In this document: positions 16,479 to 25,689 of the stretch, in pieces
Layout: the number at the start of each line of letters is the position of its first letter
Numbering within the stretch: the first letter of the stretch is position 1
Virus record (IMG/VR): IMGVR_UViG_3300045988_018940
Span: 1 to 43,173 of that record
DNA: 43,173 nucleotides
From: a virus
Strand: one strand, 5' to 3'
Made by a program: the position numbers and the translations under genes
Notes under the pieces: generated by a model
Database searches by the model: none
The model's input: the letters and a program-made list of their open reading frames with translations, nothing else
What the model was told of the DNA's origin: nothing

Positions 16479-16855
16479 TGGGACCGTCTGAGAGCATCAA
16501 CCGGGCGCTGAACGCCTTTTTTAATAGCTTTGGCGTCCCCGGCTATCTGGAAGATAATATCCCTCCCGGCGCAGAACTGCCGTATCTGACCTATCAGCCG
16601 ACAATTCCCGGCGGGTGGAACGAGTCGACATCCTTCCACGCCCGGCTGTGGTACCCCAGCAAGGGCGGCAGAGCCCCCATCCTGCAAACCGAGGATACGA
16701 TCAGCGCGGCCCTCGCAAATGGCTTGACCATCAAATGCGAGGGCGGCGCTATTCTTTTGCGCAAAGGCACCCCATGGGCACAGCCCCTCGACAACCCGCC
16801 TGAAGGGTATCTGTGCGAATATCTCAATTTTGAAATCACGCAATTTTGCGAGTAA
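16478..16855 (+). CDS. tail completion/terminator-like protein
   Basis: Called from its position between the head closure and major tail genes. Start overlaps the previous stop. Confidence 0.45.
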   Translation: MGPSESINRALNAFFNSFGVPGYLEDNIPPGAELPYLTYQPTIPGGWNESTSFHARLWYPSKGGRAPILQTEDTISAALANGLTIKCEGGAILLRKGTPWAQPLDNPPEGYLCEYLNFEITQFCE

Positions 16856-16863
16856 GGAGCAAT

Positions 16864-17439
16864 ATGGCAAGAAAATTTTCCAAAATTTCGCAGAAAGCGT
16901 TCGAATCCATGCAGTTCAACGCAGGCATCGTGGTCAACAAGTTTGATGTAACCGGCGAGACCGAAGTTCAGGACGCAGACATTATCACTGCCACGACCGG
17001 CGGCATCACCGCGACCTGCAAGGCGAACTTCACCGACCTTGGCGAAGACGTGGACAACGCCCAGAAGAACACCGCAGAGCTGATGCAGATCGAGAGCTAC
17101 GACTGCACGCTGGCTTTTACGGCCCTGAATGCCACAACGGACGTTATCAAGCTGGCGATGGGCGCTGCGGATGTGAGTGACAAGAAGGTCACGCCCCGCA
17201 TGACGCTGAATCCCACCGCCAGCACCGGCGACTTCAAGGACATCTGGTGGGTTGGAGACACGCTGGATGGCGGTATGGTTGCAGTCCGGCTGATGAATGC
17301 ACTGTCCACCGGCGGTTTGACCCTGAAGACGACCGACAAGGGCAAGGGCAACATTGCAGTCACCCTGACCGGTTGCCCCCGTCTGGGCAGTGACGTGGTG
17401 CCTATGGAGTGGTACTACAGCCCCAAGGCCGCAGCATAA
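16864..17439 (+). CDS. major tail protein
   Basis: ATG at 16864 follows AAGGAG. 191 aa, T/G-rich and beta-type. Immediately upstream of the chaperone pair. Confidence 0.65.
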   Translation: MARKFSKISQKAFESMQFNAGIVVNKFDVTGETEVQDADIITATTGGITATCKANFTDLGEDVDNAQKNTAELMQIESYDCTLAFTALNATTDVIKLAMGAADVSDKKVTPRMTLNPTASTGDFKDIWWVGDTLDGGMVAVRLMNALSTGGLTLKTTDKGKGNIAVTLTGCPRLGSDVVPMEWYYSPKAAA

Positions 17440-17451
17440 GGAGGTTACAAC

Positions 17452-17856
17452 ATGAAAACTCTGAACCAGATGGACGAGACCGAGTTCCTGCGGCGCTGCT
17501 GGCTCATCGCTGACGCGGTGTCGGACCTGCTGACCAAGACCAAAGTCATGGATCTGCGCAAGGTCATGCCGGTTTTCAACGGCAGTGAGACCGAGGAAGA
17601 AAAGAAGCAGAAGAGGGAAGAGCAGAGCCGAAAAAACCTCAAGGCAATGGCGAAAAGCCTGCTCTTTGAGAACGCTGAGGCTACCGCCAAGCTGCTTCCG
17701 CTGCTCTATGAGCCGGACGTGGACAAGGACGGCAAGCCAGAGACTATGACGCCGTTCAAGACCCTGCGAGTTATCACTGCCACCATCGAGGACAAGGACG
17801 TGCTGGATTTTTTGTTATCGTTGGCGAAGCTGGGCCAGACGAGTATCGACGCCTGA
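17452..17856 (+). CDS. tail assembly chaperone (G-like, non-frameshifted product)
   Basis: 134-aa acidic protein between the major tail protein and the tape measure. Confidence 0.75.
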   Translation: MKTLNQMDETEFLRRCWLIADAVSDLLTKTKVMDLRKVMPVFNGSETEEEKKQKREEQSRKNLKAMAKSLLFENAEATAKLLPLLYEPDVDKDGKPETMTPFKTLRVITATIEDKDVLDFLLSLAKLGQTSIDA

Positions 17857-18122
17857 CTTCGTCCATTCGGCTCGATATGCTGCGGCTCGTCGGCAAGCCC
17901 TACATCGTCCAGCACATCATGAACACCCGGCGGCAAGAGGCTATTGCTTTGAGCTACCGGGCATACATGACGGACACGCTGGCAAGCTTCGCAGGCGTAG
18001 AAGAGCGCTGGGCTGACCGGGTGGCGGGAATCATCGACCCCCGCCCCTTAGAGCCGCAGCAAAGCGCCGAAGAAGTGATACAGAGAATCAAAAATGGCTT
18101 GAATGGAGGTGAAGAAACCTGA
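17452..18122 (+). CDS. tail assembly chaperone, -1 frameshift fusion product (GT-like)
   Basis: From the slippery site at 17808-17814, the -1 frame is open with no stop through to TGA at 18120-18122. Checked codon by codon for 17814-17879; after that it is the ORF-track ORF 17877..18122. Confidence 0.7.
17808..17814 (+). promoter_or_regulatory. programmed -1 ribosomal frameshift slippery heptamer T_TTT_TTG
   Basis: X_XXY_YYZ pattern in the zero frame (GAT TTT TTG) near the 3' end of the chaperone gene. Confidence 0.65.
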
Positions 18123-18133
18123 AGCTCTTTGAA

Positions 18134-21100
18134 TTGAGCGCCACCCTCGGGCTGGACGACAGCGCCTACCGGCAGGGCGTGGAAGAGGCGAAGTCTCAGA
18201 CTAAGGCCGCTGTCTCCACCATGATGAAGGATTATAACCGGCTGTACAGTGAGGTCATTCACCTTACGGCAGCCTACCAGAAATCACGGAAAGAGACCGG
18301 GGAAACCTCCAAAGAAACCAAGGAATTTGCCCAGAAACTGAAAGAAGCTCAGGCCCAACTCAATACCACGGCACAGGGGCTAAGGACTGCGGAAGGGTAC
18401 ATGAACAGCTTCGGGGATGCCACCGGAAAAGCATCTAAAGCGAATAAAAGCCTTGCCGAAGAGCTTACCGCCTCTATAACAAAAGGAATGACGCTGTCAA
18501 ACGTCATTCTAAAGGCAGGCAGTGTGGCGTTTGACGCCGCTAAAAATTTTGTACAGTCCGGCATCGAGTACAACGCCCAGATCGAGAAATACACCACCGG
18601 CTTTACCAATATGCTGGGCAGCGCCGAAAAAGCTGCAAGCACTTTGGAGCAAATCAAAGAGGATGCAGCACGCACCCCACTTGACATTGCATCTTTAGTG
18701 CAGGCAAACCAACTTTTGATTTCTGCCGGTGTTGACGCAGGCGAGGCAAGAAAAACCATCCTTGCACTAGGAGACGCGGTGTCTGCGGCTGGTGGTGGCA
18801 ATGCAGAGCTTTCCCGCATGGCACAAAACTTACAGCAGGTTAAGAATGTCGGCAAAGCGGCAAGTATTGACATCAAGCAGTTTGCTTATGCAGGCATTGA
18901 CATCTACGGCATTCTGGCCGATTACACCGGAAAATCCACCGCAGAAGTGCAAGGAATGACCATTACATATGACCTACTGACCGCGGCACTTCAAAGAGCG
19001 TCCGAAGAAGGTGGACGGTATTACAACGCAATGGAAACGCAGAGCCAAACCCTAAGCGGGCGGCTTGACACCTTGCGTGATAACTGGTCACAGTTTCTTG
19101 GAAGCCTTTCAGAGGGCCTTGCCGATGTAGAGGGCAATTTGGTTTCTGCTGCTGCCGAGTGGGTACAGACGCTGCAAACCTCTTTCGAAGAATACGGAGC
19201 AAAGGGCCTAATGGAAGCGGGCGGCAGTATTGTGAATGATATTGCAAACGGCATCGCAGACCGCATTCCACAGCTTGCAGAGCAGGCTGGGGCCGCTGTT
19301 CAGCGCTTTTCGGACTATCTCGTTGAAAATATAGGGACTATCGTGGAGACCGGCGGAAACCTTCTCGCCAGCCTTGCCGATGGTATCTTAAATGCTTTCC
19401 CTGATATTGCAAATGCCGCCGTGCAGACGGTAGGAACTCTGGCCTCTGAATTATGGGCGAATGCAGACAAGATTTTCGAGCAGGGCGCACAGCTGGTTGG
19501 AAAGCTTTGCGAAGGACTTCTCAGCGTTTTGGGGAATGTAATCGAAGCGACCGAAACCATTACGGAAACTATTGTCACAAAAATTTTCTCGACAGACTGG
19601 GGTGCCGTCGGCAAAAATATTGTTTCCGCAATCGGTCAAGGTATTTCCAACGGTGTCGCATCTTTGAGCGGGCCGCTTGACCGGCTGTCTTATAAGCTAA
19701 ACCATGCACTCGGTAAAGTTGGATACGCTGAGTATAACAGCTTTGAGGCGTGGGCGGCGGCAAACGGAAAGACTGACGAGACAGAATATCAGCGTGGAAG
19801 CCAGAAAGACGATAACTATTGGAAGCGCTACGGCGCTCGGCTGGCGGCGCAATATGGGTTGAACGAAAAAACAGAGCCAGAGCCTACCGGTACGGATGGA
19901 GACGGCACCGGAGTCGCTCCTGGTAAGACCACAACTCCAAAGCACGTCGCCGCTGATACCAAAAAGCTGGCTGACACCATCAAGGAGACCTCGCAGGAGA
20001 TCCTCGCCGGTACTGGCAACATCGTCGGCAGCATCCAGCGCGTGACCGAGACCGCCGACAACACCTACAACGTCTATGACGGCACCACCAAGGAGCTGAA
20101 AGGCACCACCAAAGAGACGGTGCAGACCATCACGGACTCGTGGACTGAGGTAGTGGACGGCACAGAAAAGACCATCAAAAAGGTCACAAAAAACGTGACG
20201 GACGCTGACGGAAAAATCACCACCACGGTCAACCAGACTTGTGACAAGGTGGTCTTATCTGTCACCGAGATGCAGAAACGCATCGACAAGCAGCTCAGCG
20301 AGGCGCAGAACCAGTGGAAGAGCGGCATCATGGGCACGCTGCAAAGCACGATCTCCGACCTCAAAAACGGCAACTGGTCGGGCCTCTCCACAGACTTTGC
20401 AAAGCTGGTGTGGGGCGAGGTCACGCAGGAGCAGCGAAACATCATCTCCAAGTGGCTGACGGACGCGCTGACAGCCATCAACGACAGCTACTCCGGCGGC
20501 GGCCTGAGCGCGGCGAAAGACACCATCAAGGCGCTTTTTGGTGACGGCATCGCCGAGGGCGCTACCGAGGCAGGCACAGCCGTCAAGAGTTTTTCCCAAA
20601 TCCTTGACGGTCTGAACGCCTCCGGAGGCGTGGGCACAAAGCTGGCGGGCATCGCTGGCAGCTTCACCAATGCGGCAGGCACCATCACAAAGGCTCTGAG
20701 CGGCATTGTGGGCTTCATCGTGTCAAACCCCGTGGTAGCGGTCGTCCTCGGCCTGACGGCCCTTGTAGGCGGCGCTGCGCTGTCTGCGTGGTCGAAGAAC
20801 AGGGACGAGAAGCTCACGAGCAACTACGAAAGCCCCTTCAGCAAGACCCCTGTGTACGACTCGCTGGCGGAGTTTTCTTACCGTGCTGACCAGTTCAACC
20901 GCTACAAGGGCCTTACAGCGTCACCTTTTAGCAGCGGTCAGCAGGACACCACCGGCAGGCAGCAGCTCAGCGTGCTCCAGCGCATCTCCAACTCGCTGGA
21001 TGAGCATCTTCCCGCCATCGGAACCGGCACGCTGGTCATCGACGCCAACGGCGTGCAGGCTCTCGTCGGTGCGATGCAGCCGACACTTGTGGACGGCATT

Positions 21101-21148
21101 GATGGAGACTTGGGTATCCGCTCGACCCGGAAAGCGAGGGGAGGCTAA
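18134..21148 (+). CDS. tape measure protein
   Basis: 1004 aa, A/G/T-rich and helical, with a C-proximal hydrophobic segment. Canonical position. The start (TTG at 18134) is uncertain. Confidence 0.9.
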   Translation: MSATLGLDDSAYRQGVEEAKSQTKAAVSTMMKDYNRLYSEVIHLTAAYQKSRKETGETSKETKEFAQKLKEAQAQLNTTAQGLRTAEGYMNSFGDATGKASKANKSLAEELTASITKGMTLSNVILKAGSVAFDAAKNFVQSGIEYNAQIEKYTTGFTNMLGSAEKAASTLEQIKEDAARTPLDIASLVQANQLLISAGVDAGEARKTILALGDAVSAAGGGNAELSRMAQNLQQVKNVGKAASIDIKQFAYAGIDIYGILADYTGKSTAEVQGMTITYDLLTAALQRASEEGGRYYNAMETQSQTLSGRLDTLRDNWSQFLGSLSEGLADVEGNLVSAAAEWVQTLQTSFEEYGAKGLMEAGGSIVNDIANGIADRIPQLAEQAGAAVQRFSDYLVENIGTIVETGGNLLASLADGILNAFPDIANAAVQTVGTLASELWANADKIFEQGAQLVGKLCEGLLSVLGNVIEATETITETIVTKIFSTDWGAVGKNIVSAIGQGISNGVASLSGPLDRLSYKLNHALGKVGYAEYNSFEAWAAANGKTDETEYQRGSQKDDNYWKRYGARLAAQYGLNEKTEPEPTGTDGDGTGVAPGKTTTPKHVAADTKKLADTIKETSQEILAGTGNIVGSIQRVTETADNTYNVYDGTTKELKGTTKETVQTITDSWTEVVDGTEKTIKKVTKNVTDADGKITTTVNQTCDKVVLSVTEMQKRIDKQLSEAQNQWKSGIMGTLQSTISDLKNGNWSGLSTDFAKLVWGEVTQEQRNIISKWLTDALTAINDSYSGGGLSAAKDTIKALFGDGIAEGATEAGTAVKSFSQILDGLNASGGVGTKLAGIAGSFTNAAGTITKALSGIVGFIVSNPVVAVVLGLTALVGGAALSAWSKNRDEKLTSNYESPFSKTPVYDSLAEFSYRADQFNRYKGLTASPFSSGQQDTTGRQQLSVLQRISNSLDEHLPAIGTGTLVIDANGVQALVGAMQPTLVDGIDGDLGIRSTRKARGG

Positions 21149-21655
21149 ATGGCAGCATTACAGGGCGTCAAAATCGGAGACCACCACACCCTCAAGGACT
21201 GGGGGCTTTACCTTGTGGTCGGCGGCACAACCGTCGGCCCGGCAGAACCGGACGAAAGCCTTCTGGTCAAAGTGCCTTTCAGCGACCGCATTTTAGACCT
21301 TTCCAAGTCGATGGATGGCAAAGTCCACTACACCCAGCGCAAGATCACCATCACGCTCAAGTGCGTAAAGCCGAAAAGGCTTTGGCCCAAGGTGCAGAGC
21401 ACGCTGGAGAACGCGCTGCAAGGGCAATGGCTGAAATGCGTTTTCGATGATGACCCAGCATGGTACTGGGAGGGATTCTGGACGGTCACACCCCAAAGCC
21501 GCGACCGGTGGGAGAATGTCTTCGCCATCACCGGCATCTGCAACCCCTATAAGACCAACACCACCGCAGCGGCGGGCGCTGACTGGCTGTGGGACACCTT
21601 CAGCTTTGAAGAAGACACCATCTATGACACGCCGACGGAGGTGAAAAGCCTGTGA
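21149..21655 (+). CDS. distal tail protein (Dit)
   Basis: 168 aa immediately after the tape measure (MAALQGVKIGDHHTLKDWGLYLV...). Confidence 0.7.
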   Translation: MAALQGVKIGDHHTLKDWGLYLVVGGTTVGPAEPDESLLVKVPFSDRILDLSKSMDGKVHYTQRKITITLKCVKPKRLWPKVQSTLENALQGQWLKCVFDDDPAWYWEGFWTVTPQSRDRWENVFAITGICNPYKTNTTAAAGADWLWDTFSFEEDTIYDTPTEVKSL

Positions 21656-23265
21656 GCTACAAAATCTATGCCGGTACGCAGACCGCCGTAGGCGAGTGGG
21701 ACACCAAAGCGTGCATCTATGACCCTGCGGCGGAAGACCTGCGCACCACGGCCACCATGCTCATCTCCCCCACCCTTACCCGAGAGGCGGGCAAAGCGGG
21801 CAGCCTTGAGTTTACCATCCCGTTGGGCAACATCGCCCACTCTGCGCTGCAAAAGCTTAAGACTATCGTGGAGGTAGAGCAGGACGGCAAGACCCTATGG
21901 CGCGGGCGGGTCATGAGCCACGAGATGGATTTTTATCTGCGGCAAAAGGTGTACTGCGAAGGGGAGCTTGCCTACTTCAACGACAGCTCCCTCGTGCCAT
22001 ACAAGTACACGGACATCAGCATCAAGGAATTTCTGGACAAGGTCATCAGCAACCACAACGGTCAGACAGACCGGTACAAGCGTTTTACTCTCGGCACTGT
22101 AAACGTGTTTGAGAATGGCCCACAGGAGTCTTTCCAGACGGTCTACATGGGTAATTGCGTAGTAGAACACCATAGAGACAGCGACGGAGACAATGAGCAT
22201 TGGTTGGAGGATGCTGATAAAAGGTGGATATGCGATGTAAACAGCTACTCCGTTCCAGTTGGGGAGTACATTAACAGAAATAATGCGATATGCGTTGTCT
22301 CCTATGACAGTACTTCTTCATACACGGTGGAGCGAAACATAGCCTACAAAAACGGCAATTTTTACTCACTGAGCGCTACGCAGAAAGACTCGAAATACAT
22401 TTACACCATCGGCACCACCCCGCTGACAGACTGGAAGCTGACCGATGACGGAACGATTCAGCTCTATAACTCCAGCACGGGAAGCTGGTCGACCTGCACT
22501 GGTTACTATCTGCACGACTTCGACGCCTCGACCAACGAGGCCCTCGATTTTGGCGATGGCAAAAACTTCGGCACTACGTGGGACATCCTGCAATCCGAAC
22601 TGACGGACGTGTACGGCGGCTACTTTTCCGTCCGCTACTCTGATGACGGAAAGACCCGGTATCTGGACTATCTGGCCGATGACGGCATCACGGAAACGAA
22701 CCCGCAGCCTGTAGAGTTTGGCGTCAATATGCTTGATTTGACCAACTACGTCAAAGCCGAGGACATCGTCACCCGGGTCATCGCCGTGGGCTACAAGTCA
22801 AAGGGCTGGTGGATCTTCAAGAGCACGAAGACTATCAGCCAGACAGCCTACGACTTCGAAGCTCAAAAAGTCTACGGCGTCATCACCAAAGTCATCGTCC
22901 TCGACGGCAAGGCGTCCACAAATCAAAAGCTGCTGGACGCTGCGAACGAGGAGCTTCGAAGATGCCAGCAGCGCTATCTTGAGGGCATCGAGGTGAGTGC
23001 TGTTGACCTGCATGATGCCGGTATCGACGTAGAGCGTCTAGGCTGGATGAAAAAGACCCGCGTTATCTCGAAGCCCCACGGCCTTGATACGCTGCTCCTG
23101 CTTTCCAAGGTGGTTGAGCCACTGGACGCGCCGCAAAAGAAGCGCTTTACCTTCGGGACGAGCTTCTACTCCATCTCGGACTTGCAGGCCCTCAGCAGCC
23201 ACAAGGCCTCGCTGGCTTACAGTATGTCCCTGAGCGCAGCGGGGTATCTGAACGGCGCAAAATAA
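21652..23265 (+). CDS. tail-associated protein (Tal-like)
   Basis: 537 aa following Dit. The GTG start overlaps the Dit stop (GTGA). The central part is visibly AT-richer. Confidence 0.65.
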   Translation: MSYKIYAGTQTAVGEWDTKACIYDPAAEDLRTTATMLISPTLTREAGKAGSLEFTIPLGNIAHSALQKLKTIVEVEQDGKTLWRGRVMSHEMDFYLRQKVYCEGELAYFNDSSLVPYKYTDISIKEFLDKVISNHNGQTDRYKRFTLGTVNVFENGPQESFQTVYMGNCVVEHHRDSDGDNEHWLEDADKRWICDVNSYSVPVGEYINRNNAICVVSYDSTSSYTVERNIAYKNGNFYSLSATQKDSKYIYTIGTTPLTDWKLTDDGTIQLYNSSTGSWSTCTGYYLHDFDASTNEALDFGDGKNFGTTWDILQSELTDVYGGYFSVRYSDDGKTRYLDYLADDGITETNPQPVEFGVNMLDLTNYVKAEDIVTRVIAVGYKSKGWWIFKSTKTISQTAYDFEAQKVYGVITKVIVLDGKASTNQKLLDAANEELRRCQQRYLEGIEVSAVDLHDAGIDVERLGWMKKTRVISKPHGLDTLLLLSKVVEPLDAPQKKRFTFGTSFYSISDLQALSSHKASLAYSMSLSAAGYLNGAK

Positions 23266-23275
23266 TAAACACGCG

Positions 23276-23375
23276 TGCAATCCCTACAAGTACAATGCCG
23301 CCGCCTACGCGGGCGCAGACTGGCTGTGGGACGATTTTTAATCTATGACGAGCCTACGGAGGTAAAGAACCTGTG
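23276..23375 (+). pseudogene. relic of the 3' end of a second Dit allele
   Basis: Aligns with 21539-21655. It reads CNPYKYNAAAYAGADWLWDDF*, then in another frame IYDEPTEVKNL*, versus Dit CNPYKTNTTAAAGADWLWDTFSFEEDTIYDTPTEVKSL*. The GGAGGT..CTGTGA junction is also retained. Confidence 0.8.
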
Positions 23376-23963
23376 AACAAGACTTTCGAAGAAAACATCA
23401 ACGACGTCCGCACGGCAAGGCGGGGTGTCGAGGTGCGGGAGGCTATGGCTGAGAGCCTTGAGTATGTGGAGGGCTTTGCCTCCACCTCCACCCAAAATGC
23501 AGAGGAGGCCGCAGCCAGCGCCGAAACTGCCGCCGAGGCCAAGGAAGCCGCCGCTGCCTCTGCTCAGACCGCAGAACAGCAGGCGGGTATTGCCACGCAG
23601 CAGGCCGAGGCCGCCGAAAGCTCTAAGACCGCTGCTGCCGAGTCTGCCAAGCGGGCGGAACGGTTTGCCGTGGAGACCGAGGGACGTGTCACCACTGACA
23701 AAACCCTGACCGTCTCGGGCGCGGCGGCGGACGCTGCGGCGGTGGGCGACCGTATCAACGCCATTAAAATCGAAACCGACCCCACCCTCACCATCTCCGG
23801 CGCGGCGGCGGACGCTGCGGCCACCGGCGTGCGCATCAAACTGTTGGAGATGGTGCAGGGCATGGACGTGAACGGCATCACCTTCGTTTCGGCCTTCGAC
23901 ACGCTGGAGGGTGTGGCTCTGGAGGGTGTGTGGAACAAGGCGGCGAGCCGGGTGGAGTTTTGA
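23373..23963 (+). CDS. tail fiber-associated protein with TLTxSGAAADAxAxG repeats
   Basis: An Ala/Glu-rich helical region, then DKTLTVSGAAADAAAVGDRINAIK and DPTLTISGAAADAAATGVRIKLL. The same motif class recurs in 25690..27846. Confidence 0.65.
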   Translation: MNKTFEENINDVRTARRGVEVREAMAESLEYVEGFASTSTQNAEEAAASAETAAEAKEAAAASAQTAEQQAGIATQQAEAAESSKTAAAESAKRAERFAVETEGRVTTDKTLTVSGAAADAAAVGDRINAIKIETDPTLTISGAAADAAATGVRIKLLEMVQGMDVNGITFVSAFDTLEGVALEGVWNKAASRVEF

Positions 23964-23978
23964 GGAAGGAGGATTTGA

Positions 23979-25304
23979 ATGCAGATCAAAGACTTAGCCA
24001 TCGGCGACGGATATGTTTACCTTATGGAAGGCAGTAGCAAGGTAAAGTTTTACGTGCTGGCCCACAACTATGAGTCCGGCCTGAACGGCAAGGGACGGAC
24101 GCTGTTTTGCCGGGAGAGTCCGGTGACGAAGGGCGCACGAGCAACAGATAACCGCTCAGACAATGCTAATTGGCCCCTGTGTTTGGAGTGTTTATATTAT
24201 AAAGCTACTTATTCGACCAACTTCACAACGACCGTGAAAAGCTGGATCGGAAGTACGAAAATCTATTATGACGAGTTGAATAATCCTTATAACAACAGTA
24301 CCATTAATGGTATAAATCAGCGCAGTGCTAACTTTAGCTTTTTTGCAATCTCGTCAGCGGAATTGGGGACATCGAGATTTGGGAGTTATAGCAATTCGGA
24401 CGGTACGACTCTTTCTACTGCAGCACGTACTAGATTGGCAGCCATATACCGATCTTATAGCACCGCCTTTTGGACAAGAAGTCCCGGACGAAACCGTACG
24501 GGTCACCGTACCGACAACGACGGCGATTCTACGTATTACTTTGGCAATGGTTTGTACATACAGAGCGTAAGCGGAACGAGTTTCAGTCTTGCAGAGAGTT
24601 GCACTGAGTCTTTCGGTTATCTGCCCTGTTTCACCCTGCCGGAGACGCTGTATATCGACAAAGATGGCTTCGCCACGGAAAACCAGCCGCCGGAAGTGAC
24701 TTCTGATGTGGGCGAGAGCGGCGTGGCGCTGGGCGAGAAGAACGAGCCGTTTGCACTGTCCTACACCGTGACCGACGGCGACGGAGACCCCATGACCATC
24801 ACCGAAAAGGTGAACGGTGTGGCGCTGGCCGTCCGCGAGAACGTGGCCTCTGGCACCGAACTCACGGTACAGTGCCTGAGCGAGAAGGCCCTGTTCCAGC
24901 AGATCCTCAACGGAGAAAACACCCTGACGCTGGAAGCGGACGACGGAAAGACCTCGACAGAGTGGACTGCTACCTTTACCAAAAATGTGACCCGTGCCGT
25001 CCTCTCGCTGGCCCAGCCCCTGACGGCAGACGACACCATCACCGTGGCTGCGCTGACACTGGAGGGCAGTTTCCCGGCAGACATGAGCCTCAGCGTGGAG
25101 ATGACCAATAACGGACTTGACAATGTCCCGGTGTGGGAGAACTGCACCGACATCCAAAGCGGCAAGGCAAAAGCTTTCGTCCACCACAACTTTACCAACA
25201 AGACCGCCGCCAAGGGAGCGGCCTTTAACTACAAGGTGACGATTACCCGGGGCGGCAGCGGCGTCGGCGGCAATATCACCATGATCGGAGGTGTCATCGG
25301 ATGA
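23979..25304 (+). CDS. tail/receptor-binding accessory protein
   Basis: 441 aa in the fiber module. The N-terminal half is AT-richer and contains an ...AFWTRSP... motif. The C-terminal half is beta-rich. Confidence 0.55.
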   Translation: MQIKDLAIGDGYVYLMEGSSKVKFYVLAHNYESGLNGKGRTLFCRESPVTKGARATDNRSDNANWPLCLECLYYKATYSTNFTTTVKSWIGSTKIYYDELNNPYNNSTINGINQRSANFSFFAISSAELGTSRFGSYSNSDGTTLSTAARTRLAAIYRSYSTAFWTRSPGRNRTGHRTDNDGDSTYYFGNGLYIQSVSGTSFSLAESCTESFGYLPCFTLPETLYIDKDGFATENQPPEVTSDVGESGVALGEKNEPFALSYTVTDGDGDPMTITEKVNGVALAVRENVASGTELTVQCLSEKALFQQILNGENTLTLEADDGKTSTEWTATFTKNVTRAVLSLAQPLTADDTITVAALTLEGSFPADMSLSVEMTNNGLDNVPVWENCTDIQSGKAKAFVHHNFTNKTAAKGAAFNYKVTITRGGSGVGGNITMIGGVIG

Positions 25305-25495
25305 GTCTGTACAAGATGGATAAGAGTCTGAAGGAACTCCACAGGAAGCTGGAAGAGGAGCAGAAGCTCAGGGAGCTGCCCGACCTTGTGGCGGAGATCG
25401 AGGACGCCCTGTGTGAGCAGGATATGGAATCAGAGGAGCGGATTGCGGCTATCGAGGACTCGCTGTGCGAGCTGGACGCCGCCGTCAACAAATAA
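25301..25495 (+). CDS. small coiled-coil protein
   Basis: 64-aa acidic helical ORF with an ATGA overlap start. Confidence 0.5.
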   Translation: MSLYKMDKSLKELHRKLEEEQKLRELPDLVAEIEDALCEQDMESEERIAAIEDSLCELDAAVNK

Positions 25496-25506
25496 GGAGG
25501 TAGCAT

Positions 25507-25674
25507 ATGGATAAAATCTGGGCGAACCGGCTCATTGCCGGTACCAAGACGTGGGCAGAGATGCCCGCAAGCCGCCGCCCCAAGGTCAAAGCGGAGCTGG
25601 CCAAACGGGTGATGGAGAGCAAGATCACCCCAGAGCAGTACCGGGAGATCACCGGCGAGCCTTACACCGCATAA
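25507..25674 (+). CDS. XkdX-like small phage protein (55 aa)
   Basis: MDKIWANRLIAGTKTWAEMPASRRPKVKAELAKRVMESKITPEQYREITGEPYTA. The ITxEQYxEITGE ending is the XkdX-family signature. RBS AAGGAGG lies upstream. Confidence 0.6.
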   Translation: MDKIWANRLIAGTKTWAEMPASRRPKVKAELAKRVMESKITPEQYREITGEPYTA

Positions 25675-25689
25675 GAGAGGAGCACGCTT

